A stretch of 61,649 nt of DNA, filler included, from Sphacelaria rigidula (taxonomy: Eukaryota): the NCBI GenBank assembly GCA_964200075.2. It is 8 parts of 8 records of this genome, joined end to end, with 100 filler letters (N's around TTAATTAATTAA, not from the genome) between each part and the next. Parts side by side here need not be neighbours in the genome. Positions count along the whole stretch, not along the records: positions 46,314 to 53,931 come from CAXNAA020014069.1; positions 54,032 to 61,649 come from CAXNAA020014070.1; 6 more parts are not named here. One strand, 5' to 3'. The position numbers and the translations under genes are program-made. Below, piece after piece: positions 51,471-61,649 of the stretch. The notes under the pieces are model-generated. The model did not search any database. It was not told the origin of the DNA and saw only the letters and a list, made by a program, of their open reading frames with translations. The first letter of the stretch is position 1, and every line of letters begins with the position of its first letter.

Positions 51471-51541
51471 CATTTGACGAGAGTCGACGCGGCTTGCACG
51501 GGCCATGTGGTCAGCGATCAAAGGGTATTCAGGACCCTTAC

Positions 51542-51714
51542 CTCCCTGCATCTTCAAGCTCGGATGTCTGCACGACCAGCGGTAAATGTTCGGCCAAAAG
51601 CGCAAACGCCTCCTCTCGGTCAGGCGATGCCCATGGCGGGAAGCCCCGAGGACGACTTCCACTCGCCACTCCCGCTACCGACCCCAGCTGGCCTGTGAAT
51701 AGCTCCCACTCGTT
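51542..51714 (-). CDS. DYNC2H1: Cytoplasmic dynein-2 heavy chain exon
   Basis: gcccAG|NEWELFTGQLG...FPPWASPDREEAFALLAEHLPLVVQTSELEDAG(R)|GTAAGG. Confidence 0.88.
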
Positions 51715-52544
51715 CTGGGCATCAGCATACAAAACATAGAGACAAGCACAGACAACGCTAATGGGGTGTGTACCATGTACCAGAGAGACAACTGCAGCCT
51801 GCTTGGCGAATTTAGATGACAGTATATTCAAGAAGTTCACAGAATGTTTTACTCGAGGGCAGCGTTTCAGTTGTATTGTAAGATGCCGGAGACCAGATGG
51901 AAAATCGCGTATGGGCCTCTTCACCGCAAAGCACTTCAATATCTGTATTTCAGGCGTGTTATGTATTCGCCGATTTCTAGTATTTGTAACAGTCTTAATC
52001 GGGAACAGTACCAGACCTATCTTGGTAACTTATCCTCTCCTCCCCTCTCCTCTCCTTTCTCTTTCCTTTCCCTTTCCTTTCCCTTTCCTTTCATATCCCT
52101 CCCTCCCCCCTTCTTTGATTCTCTCTTTTGTATTCATTTTTGCTTTTTTATACACCAAGTATATAATTTGGTTGTTGTACCCTATTCCACTTGCCGTATC
52201 TTCCTTCCTTCCTTCCTTTCTTGGTATTTCCCCCTTTCAACGTTTCTCCGCTAACTATTGCCGTTTCGATTTTCTTGGGTACATGTGTCTATCTTTTTGA
52301 TCACGACTGGATGGGATCCGTCGGGGGGTACGTAACGTGCGACAATCAGCCGCGCAACCAATTCAACGATTAATGTGCAACAAACGTCGAATAGAAGGGG
52401 ACCCAGTGTGGCGGGTGTGTTCGTAAATGGGCTTCATATTCGGTGCAACGGTTAACGACCCGGGCCCTGGAAAGTACACGTAGCATCCCCCCGAGACGCC
52501 AGCATGTTGAACGCGAACGAAAGTTGTATGATTCAAATTCTCAC

Positions 52545-52646
52545 CGGCTGGAAAAGACCCGGGTGCATTCCATGAACCAGATGCAGTGCAAACGTTGGAC
52601 GATCTGCTTTGAGGAGAGCTCGTCCCACGAAGTACAGCACTCGAAT
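52545..52646 (-). CDS. DYNC2H1: Cytoplasmic dynein-2 heavy chain exon
   Basis: tgacAG|IRVLYFVGRALLKADRPTFALHLVHGMHPGLFQP|GTGAGA. Confidence 0.9.
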
Positions 52647-55559
52647 CTGTCATGAAAACGGCCGAGAACATGAGGGGTGATGATGTGTGTGAAGGGGTAC
52701 GGTAGTAGTGAGAAAAGACATCGGGTTGGGGTTAGGGCATGTGAAGTACGTTTGGCTGTCGCTCTCGAAAGCACCTCGCATAAGGAAGGAAGCAAAACAC
52801 TCGAATTTGTAAGAACAAGTACCCGAGAACAGCGTCGTTCCGCTCCAAGAGCGGCTTCTCGACAGATTAAAGGCTACGAATTCAGTAAGCTTATCCCTGT
52901 GACGCTGAGGGCTCGGTCTCTTGAGATGGCACATTTACCCCCCATGATTGATGAAGGGTCTATTATAGCATTCGCATGCATTTGGTGATGATCAATTGGG
53001 GAGCGCCTATAATGCCGTTTACGTCACTAATGATCTGTGCCCACGCCTGCAAGTTTCTTAGTCTCGAGGGAGAAAAATATGATGGGCGTTCAGCAGCAAG
53101 AATCTTGAAGGGGCCCCCACGTGCTGACGCGAGCGTTCGCACACCAAACTGTAGTTACACCGTCACGAATGAGCGTACGAAATGAGTACGGGCTCTGCTT
53201 CCGCTGGTCAAAAGGACGACCGCTGCGCGTTTTTTTTTTTCAGAGGGCGATGTAATACTTAGTGTATAGTAATATGAGCTGAGCCTATATACTGATACAT
53301 GAGTTACGGAGGAATACTGGGGGGAAAAGAGCATTGACGCTGAGCGCGTAGTTTCCATAAACTGCTTTTAAAAAACTAACTTTAACCTCCTCTCCACTTG
53401 TTTGTGGGTGGCATACTACACATCGCTTCAATATGTTTCTTACTCTCCGCGACTCCTCCCCGCTTCTCTGCCTATTTCTGCGTGCGTGCCTTTGTCTATC
53501 TGTCTATATGTCTGTCTGTCTGTCTGTCTGCCCCCCCCCACCCGCCTGGTCCAGCGAGAACCCGGCGTGCTCCATCCCGGCTTTGTAGGGGCGGACCCCC
53601 GATGGGGTTGGCGTCGGTAGGCGACGACGCTGTAAAACACACGCCACTCACGGCGTAAGCAAGGCAACCATGTTACCGTTTTTGTTTTGGGCGCGCTTGC
53701 GTTTTTTTTCAAGGTAACCATCATGGTGATCGAGCTAGATCATGTTCTGCGGCGTGGGACAATCTCAACTCCGCACAACGGGGATGGTTGTTTCACGTAG
53801 TGTTTAAATGGTGAGACACCCATGAGGTAGTGTTCAAGCCGTGGCTGTCTCTGGAAGTGGGGATACCAGAAAATAAAGCAGCCCATTGTAGGCTGTCATT
53901 CGAAGGCAAGATAATCAGTAGGCTTCATGCCNNNNNNNNNNNNNNNNNNNNNNNNNNNNNNNNNNNNNNNNNNNNTTAATTAATTAANNNNNNNNNNNNN
54001 NNNNNNNNNNNNNNNNNNNNNNNNNNNNNNNAATATGAGGCGCTTATTGCAGCCTGAACCCGAACATCAGGCGCTGTATGGTCATTTTTTCGTGACATTT
54101 TTGGCTGGTTTTGGGGGGGGGCTATCGTAGAAAGTTTCGAAGGTATCCCGGAGGATGGACGAATAACGCCGGAGTTTCTCTCGACGTGTGATTTTCGCGT
54201 CTTGAACGGAAATCATCGGATATCCGCGGCGAGATCGATTTTCGAGCAAGATCACTGCATGCTGTGTCGGGTGTACCACGAATTTTGGCCGGAGGTCATG
54301 CGCATTCTCGGCGACGGTGAGTCACGACATTGACCGATGGTATTTTCTGTAGCCACGTGCCTCCGCAATCGTTTCAAGAGCACCGAACTATCTGAAAATT
54401 GTCGCACGGCCTAGTGTTTACAAAATGCCAACATAATGATTGGGTCATCCGACTCAAGTATGTACAAAGAAACGTGTCGGGGTTACGTGTGTACGCTGTG
54501 CATCAGGATGAGAACCTCGTCCTCAGCCTGTCCCGGCCAGGGATGTCACGACTGGTATCATTGGGGGGGGGGGGGGGGTGTTATGGCTGCACACTAGTTT
54601 AGCGCCAGAAATTGAGGCTCGGCCTCTCACACGGCTCGTCCGCGAATCTATGATTCAAGCGACGGTTCGCGTGTGCCTGAGGTGTAGACTTTGGATCCTT
54701 GACTACTTTTCCTCGTGTTTTTCGGGTACTGTTTTCATGCTTTTCGCCTCTTGTTTTTTCGTTTTCGGCACATTTTTGTTATTTTTTTGCACCTTTTTTC
54801 TTTTTTGTGTGCCTTATTTCTTTTTCAGCCCCTAAAAAAAGGAAATCGGCGCCTCAAATGTTTTTATGCGCCTTTTCTCTTTTTCGGGCTCTAAAAAAAC
54901 AGTATGGCCCTTTACTTCGCATACACGAGTGTGCCGGCACGTATATCTTTGCTTCGGCGCCTGGGTGTTTCTGGTTGCTGTTTTTCATACACATATTTGT
55001 TAGCGAGATTTCGTACGTCTCACACACCCAATGTCGTCCCTGCGGGAAATATCTGCGAGACTTGCGACACATCTGCGATTTTTTCCCGAAAGTCCCCAAC
55101 TCTTAATATTTGTTCTGCGATGATGCTTTACGGCCGTTTTTCTCCGACAAAAAGCAGAAATCTGTCCCGTTTCTCGCTTCTTTTGTTGGTCCCGGTGAGG
55201 CGGGCCCTTCTCGCATTTTTGTGCATGGCAAGGCTATGATTGGTCCAAACATTTTGTCATTCATAACCTCCACCCCTATCTCCGAGCCCTGTGTGAAGAA
55301 TTGGCGGCGGGGGGGGCAGTGGCCGATCGTCGTCGACAGGACGTGTTTAGACGCATTTTTTTCAGACCTCTCGTTCAATTCTCAGATTCCAAACGAAACC
55401 AAAACACAGCAGGTTCCAACGCCACAGTTCTGAAGTAACATGCAGTCGGACTTACATCGTGCGGTCTGTCGACATAATCGACAGCTCAGCTGTCGCCACT
55501 TATCGTGCCGATTCTTATGGCAGGCAAGAATAACCTGCCACGAACTGTCTATGTGGTCC

Positions 55560-55850
55560 AGATGCGTCGGGTTACGGCCCAAACGCAGACACCTCCGAAT
55601 GTCGTGCTTCAGCCGTCAAGATGATTGCAGGACGCCTTCGCGTTTTTCTGGTGGCCGTTTTTGATTTTGGCCGAACGAACGACCTCGCACGCGATTGTTG
55701 ACACCTGCGATTGTATTGCTGCACTCGTTGAGACGGTTCAAAAACACCTTTGCGTTTTCCGGTGGCCGCAGGCGATTTTTGCAACAATTTTAGTTTTGCC
55801 CAAGAACGGTCTGTTGGATAAAACACGGGGCCTTTTGTTTCCCGGCTGAC
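55560..55850 (-). repeat. Dispersed repeat family; related segments at ~36025-36140 and ~25130-25290
   Basis: Shared motif gccacc(a/g)gaaaacgca(g/a)aggtgt...tgaaccgtctc and atccaac.gaccgttc. Confidence 0.55.
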
Positions 55851-56409
55851 CGTGCTCGGACAAACATACGGGCCTGGCAAATGTTTTACCTCTGTCCGCC
55901 TTCAAACGCAAAGTGTCATGGGATCGTCCGAGCGAATACAGAAAGAGATATGAAGGACCAAAGAGACGACTTGATAGATTTATATTGTTGTTGACCAGCA
56001 TCAGCTGTGTCAGAGAGGAAATGTTTTCGAATAAAAAGTCCGGAACATCGGAGAATAATAACCGCGTCAACCGTTGCTGCTGCCTGCATGCCTTCGAACA
56101 GCTTTAAACGATGTCGGCGACACTCTGTCCCCCCGCAACACGTAGGACAAGCTTTACATGTACGTTGGGGTCATAACCTCGGTCCAGGAATGGACGGGGA
56201 GCGATGCCGTCACGGGGGATCAAATAGCAAAGGAGTTCACGAACGTGAGTAATGGAATGTGAAACACGGGGTACTACAAAACCGGGTCTGCATTACACGG
56301 GGACGATAGTGGGCATTGGGTGAAGTTTAATGTCGTATTGTAACATATGTGAGCCGCGGGTCATTTATTTTACATCTCGGAACCGAGTTAAGTCCGCTTA
56401 TGTTGTTGT

Positions 56410-59400
56410 AGACTAGTTGCCGGAGGGTTCACGACGCGTGTACTACGTCTCCCACCCGCTCATACGTCGAGAAACAATCCTGTGTGCAGCGACCACGGCA
56501 GACCTCGACCACGTATGTAATGCAGCACGCACGACGGCCGCAGTGAAGTTGCCGCTCTGGAGCGGGGGGGCGACGATTCGATGTGGGGGCCGGTACCGAT
56601 GTTCTGCTCAGTCGGGAAAAGTTGTGTACGGTAATATGAATCATTTTGAACTTCCACGGACGTTGAAATGGCCGACTCGGATTCACCGCATCTGCTATAT
56701 GGTTTTGTCCATGGTCCGTTGGTGTCCCCTCGTCACCGAAAACAGCTGGGTTTGAATTCTCTGTCTCTGGTGACGATGCGGCACTGGCGGAAGGCCTGCT
56801 TCGCCACTACACCGGAAGTAATGGAAGCCATTGCCTGGGCATTCCAGACGTCGGGCGCCGGTATCGACGCGAAATGTATTTCGCTGATGTACCTGAAGAG
56901 CAAGGCTTATGGCGATCTACACGCCAAACCCGCAGCGCAATCGATCGCCGTCAATATGCTCGTAAGGTATGCACCGCCGGTACATCCAGTCGCTTGTTGT
57001 GATAATCTCGAGTTATCTTCCATTATTTCGCCGCACCGAAGGATGACGAGAGTGTGTCATTTGGTACGTGTCCTGTTTGATGGACCGTCAGGACCAATTA
57101 TCCAGGGTATAACTACACATGCCCCCCCCCCCCCCTCCGCTCGAAGCAGTCTATTTTCAAAGTTGAGGATAGATTTTTTGGTAGAGGACAAACCTTGGGA
57201 ACCTTCATGAACATCGAAAATGTTTCGAAATTAAAATACAAAAGCATTCTCCGGCTGTGATGTGCGACTTCACTCATCGTGGCAAACTAAATTTAAGATC
57301 AACAGTGTTTTGTACCAGAATCACTGGAGGACGATATCGTTCCGTGTAAACACTGGAGGTCACGAATTGCAGATGGCTGTTTTCGAGGATGAGCGAGGCC
57401 ACATTTCACAGGCGGAGAGTACACATGTGTCTTTATTTCGAATGTATCGCGATGCTTACGAATGATCCCAAGGGCGGTACCCGAACAACATTCATCCTCG
57501 ATTTTCGACTGTACCACGATAGATATTTGAGGGCGAACAAGATGACACGCACACCGAAAGATTGGGATCGGATAACCAAAAACGCCCGCATCGCGCACAA
57601 CCTGGTGGAGAAAATCGAGAGCATGGTGCCTCGTCTTGCTTGAACGGACAGGTTTAAGGATTGAGTGCCGTTAATCTGTAGCCCGGCCGCCGCCCGAGGT
57701 AAGGCGCTCTGTCTATACCGAGACCACGTAAGAATGTGCCGTCGTGTGCGTAAATATCCCTGCACACTAGTTGACCTGCCACAGCATGTGGTGCGACGTT
57801 TGATGTTTTCGATTCCGATTTCTGTGAACAGCGGCGTGCACAAAATGATAGACGTTACGTACGGGTTGGAAGACTTCCAGCTGTTCGTGGGGGACTATAT
57901 ATCGTCCGTGGACAAGACGATATTAGAGACAAAAGACAGCCTGCCGGCTGAAGAACAGGAAGGCAATGCCATGAAGGAATTCGAGGCGGTCTACAAGGGA
58001 AGACTTCCACAGCCCTTGGAGCTGGTGCGTTACTCTCCGTCGGTAGTTGACTTTATTCCAAGAAAGTTGAGACATATATTCGCTGTCGCGAGCTGATCGG
58101 TGACCGGCCTCGATGCTCAGGCACGGAAGTCAACTGTATCTTTCCCGGTAGTACTGGTCGAGGAGTGTAAAACACCACCGCCTGTATACAGCTGCACTCC
58201 AGAGACAAAGCAGAGACTTGCTGCCGGCCGTCCCTTATTTTGTATCGTAGTTCATACTTGACATACCAGAGATCTTGCCCTCTCCGCCGTTCGCAGATGA
58301 CACAAAGAGGGAGTCGTTGCCTCTTCATATCCGTAAAGGTTCACCAACAAGGGCGACGCTGTCCTTAGTGTTGGGGTCGAGAGTACGCAACTGCTGGAGA
58401 TTGCCCTCCAAGGCGGGCGCCCTATCGAGCTCTTTCTCTCAGATGCCAGCCTCTCCGTCGTGGTGGATGATCGCATGGTGACGACGTTCCAGAAAGCCTT
58501 CTCCTCTGGGCTCTTCAAGGTACAGAGAGCGACACCACGGCTAGGCGGTATACATGCGAACATAAAAGTCGTGTTCCCTGATTGCCGTAGCGGCGGGTCT
58601 TCATCCAGGTGTAACAGGTTTTCGTTTGTGAGAGGTGTCATGAACTCTCACCAATCTTTCCAACTGCCGCTGGGCTCGTTTTCACCCTCTATTTCTCGAC
58701 AGCAAGATATCGGCGTCGCAGTGTATGTGGGCCCAGGGTTGCTCCCATCGAAGCTGCCGGCCGACACGACCCCACCGGCATTGCTGACTCCTGCCGCCGG
58801 TACTTCTGCTGAAGAGGTCATGAAGACCGCCGCGCAGCCGTTCGGATACACAGTGGAGGTGAGAGTTCTTCGGGCGAGACGAACGGTGTTCATATCGAGT
58901 CTTGTTTACTTGCTTCTTGGCCGTTTGAGGGTCGTCCAGTGAGGACAAGGTGGTGATCAGGCTAGCGGGCACCTACGCACCAGTTTTAGTCTTTTCGCAT
59001 TTTTCTTGACGCATTTGCGAGTCAAATATACTTTCCCTGTACCATACAAGAGGATAACCTAAATTGTACGGGCCCTCCACGTTGCCCGGATTTGGTCCGA
59101 TCTCCGTCTTATATTTTCGGTCAATTTTCGGTTAAAAGCATGTTTCGTCTACATTTGGTGCTTGCTTCGTACGAATGAAAACGAATAAGCAGGCCCGAAA
59201 ATGGCCGCACACCCCCCTTTCTAAACTCCAGAGAGAAACAACATTCTAAAAAACAACGAACAATAATCACAATCGCGAATCAACCACTAGTTTTGCGTAC
59301 TACCGTGTGCTGACCCCACTGCCTTCTTTACTGATAGACCTTGCTGGTAAAACCAGCGCTGTTCGGCTCGACAACGGCCAAAACCTTCCACGAGTGCTTC

Positions 59401-60253
59401 GAAATAGTAGAATAAGTGCGATGCTCGGGTATATTTCGGCCCATGAAAAGTGAAGAACTCGTTATTCTATCTTTACGTCGGCTGAGTCTGCCCTCTAACT
59501 TCGTAACGAACCCATCTGTAAAGCCGTCACAACGACCATTATACCCAGACAACGTATTGCCCTTCAGTACCCTAAATTATGGGACAGGCGAGTGAGAAGG
59601 CCATCACTCGGGGGTCATCTTCTCACCTCCTGCCCTTCTAGTCGCGACGCGAAGATTTCGAAGGAAACGGGCATGGCATGCCAAAGAGAATGCCTATCGC
59701 GCCTCGAATCCTTCGTTTGGAATCATGCAGAGTGTGTATTGCTGAGAATCTGAGGGGTGGCGTTTGTCGCGGGACCTCGTACCATCGTTTTCACACGTCT
59801 ACAGTGAATTCTTGAAGTCTATTACACATTATTGCTTCCCCTCTTCGCGACGTGACTAGAAACCGCGTCCCGCGCATTCACCTCCGCCGCGCGTGCAATC
59901 AAATTTGGTCACAGTTTTCGAGTCTAGATCAGGTCAACAGGCTGCACGTGATCGCGAAACAAGGCCAAGACGTCGCCTATCCGGACATTCCCGTCTGGGG
60001 GAAGTATAAAATTTACGAAACTCCGGAGGACGCCCTTCATTCTATCGACCATGTTGTAGAGGAGCAGTCTACCCACGTTATTTTGGTAGCCAACAACAAA
60101 CAACTGAGGAAAATGTTCGAGCCTGGCAAGGAGACGTGTGAAGCAAAGGCGGCGTTATACCTAGAAGTGGCGGAGACATCCCCATTTTTCTACCTCACTT
60201 GGGAAGCAACAGTCGATGATGAGGCCATCGACATAACGTCGCAGATTCCCCAT
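56410..60253 (+). pseudogene. Decayed multi-exon gene containing an N6/N4 DNA-methyltransferase-like segment
   Basis: Co-oriented coding-like blocks with splice signals (~56760-56961, ~57300-57650, ~57785-58165, ~58297-58519, 58703-58858, ~59915-60253), several stops and frameshifts; 58337-58480 reads RFTNKGDAVLSVGVESTQLLEIALQGGRPIELFLSDASLSVVVDDRM. Confidence 0.5.
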
Positions 60254-60274
60254 GTAGGTAGTAGAGTGATACTA

Positions 60275-60509
60275 CGGTAGGGGTACAGAAATATGTTCTG
60301 AGGTTAAAATTGTTAGGAGCCCTTTATCTCATCCAAAACATGACCTATGAAAATATGCGAGAGTACGCCAGGATTACTATTGCGATGCGCTAGGGATATC
60401 CCGAATAAATCTGCAAACGAGGATGCCCTGACCCATAATCTTGTGCGTCTAGAATCGTTAGGAGCCCGTGAACCAGACAAAATTTCGTGAAAAAAATGCA
60501 CCCCTACCG
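60275..60509. mobile_element. Complete Tc1/mariner-type MITE (235 bp)
   Basis: TA|CGGTAGGGGTACA ... TGCACCCCTACCG|TA; second copy at 24817. Confidence 0.88.
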
Positions 60510-60511
60510 TA

Positions 60512-61478
60512 GCATTGCTCTGCTATCTGTCCACGTGTGCGGTCCTGGGGCGTAGTTTCCTGCCCTGCATCGATACTTCTACACTGATTCCCGGAATGAG
60601 GGTGGACGCTACATCCCATGGCCCCGTCCATTTTTCGTGTGACAGCTTTTAGTGCTGACCGTCCCAATGTAACGTGCTTTCTGATTCCCGTACTAGCACC
60701 AAATCTCCCCTCTCCATCGACGTACCCGGAGCGTGCCTTATGATACTTGTGTTATGTCTCTATCGATCTCTTTGTTCCTCTGTCTTGCTTCCAGGACTTG
60801 CTTAACCTGGTCTACTTTTCGTATCCTTTGTTCAACGAAGTGTTACAGACCAATCGCGGTGCCATTGCCGTCCATCTGTGGTACTAGAGTGTTTAGTGTG
60901 GTTCTAGGATTACGCAGAAAAGGATTTGAAACGCGGACATGTTGGAAGAAACGGTTGGGTCTGGAAGTGTACGTTTGATCCAGCACGCTGGGTCCACGTA
61001 CTCATCCCACCTGTCGGGCCATGACTTACACAGTTCGGATAGTCTATCATGCATCCATGCTCCTGCCCTTTCCACTGCACCCTGACCTGTCGGATGCTCT
61101 GCGGGTCCGTAGTCCAGAGATACCCTGAGCCATCTGCATATGTCCCTTACTACCGTTGCATCGAACTCTCTTCCTCTGTCGTTGCGAATATATCCAGGCA
61201 TGCCGAAAGTTAGGCACAGGTTCAATAAGATGCGGGCTACCGGTGCTGACTCTTTCGTCGGTCTGGGGTAGGCGAAGAGGAATTTCGATGCCCGGTCGAC
61301 AATCAGTAGTATATATCGATTGCCTGATGCGGATGTGCGATACATATCCTGAAAGTCGATCTCTAGTACCTCCCAGGGATGTAGAAATCGGCTCGGTATC
61401 ATTGCTACTTGTTGCGTATGTACCATTTTTCTGCGTCTGCATTCGCATGATGGAACGTAGTCACGGCAGTCTTAGTTC
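60512..61478 (-). mobile_element. Ty3/Gypsy integrase fragment
   Basis: End of zinc finger (KDCRDYVPSCECRRRK), rve core PWEVLEIDF...IVDRASKF...IRNDRGREF...HPTGQGAVER, then frameshifted C-terminus with GDLVLVRE...EKWTGPW (GPY/F-like). Confidence 0.93.
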
Positions 61479-61479
61479 A

Positions 61480-61649
61480 TTTTTTTTTTTTCCGTCGCAC
61501 TTCGAACTCCTCCCCTTCTTCGGGATGAAACTCACCTCAAACAAACTTAGTCGACTACTTTGTTTACTCACGTTCTCGCGCTTTTCACGGTGGAAATCAG
61601 ACATTACGAAGAAAAAACCCAACGCATCGGGAATCGAACCCTCGTTCTC
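61480..61649 (-). mobile_element. tRNA-derived SINE, family B, with poly(A) tail, abutting the integrase zinc finger
   Basis: Minus strand GGTTCGATTCCC...aagtgcgacgg(A)12; homologous to 6362-6600. Confidence 0.7.

Noticed and set aside
51761..52300. 179-aa hydrophobic ORF
   Set aside because: Caused by a CT-rich low-complexity tract inside a dynein intron.
53546..53629. Possible extra dynein exon
   Set aside because: Splice-like ends, but no frame resembles dynein-2 sequence upstream of IRVLYF.

Overview
This is eukaryotic nuclear DNA, most likely from a brown alga or related stramenopile (inferred from long introns, GC-rich exons, an IFT dynein and the TE repertoire). The window is not one locus. 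It is eight fragments of about 7.62 kb joined by identical 100-bp linkers (N44-TTAATTAATTAA-N44), so adjacency across linkers carries no meaning. Recognisable host genes, all partial: seven exons of cytoplasmic dynein-2 heavy chain (minus strand, one probable GC donor), three exons of a Myb transcription factor (minus strand), two 5' exons of a probable NOM1/Sgd1-like gene, and two unknown membrane-protein exons. Most of the rest is transposon-derived: a full-length but dead DD39D/Stowaway-type Tc1/mariner, Copia RT and Gypsy integrase fragments, a relic of an RLE-type (CRE/R2-like) LINE, several tRNA-derived SINE families, several MITEs and foldbacks, and a 1.8-kb CAC-ended TIR element whose 8-bp TSD is confirmed by an empty-site copy inside the window. 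The most unusual signal is a decayed multi-exon gene (about 56.4-60.25 kb) containing a segment that aligns without gaps to the C-terminal half of beta-class N4-C/N6-A DNA methyltransferases but lacks the SAM-binding residues. That call was made by eye and needs an HMM or structure check. No CRISPR, Fanzor or viral system was seen.
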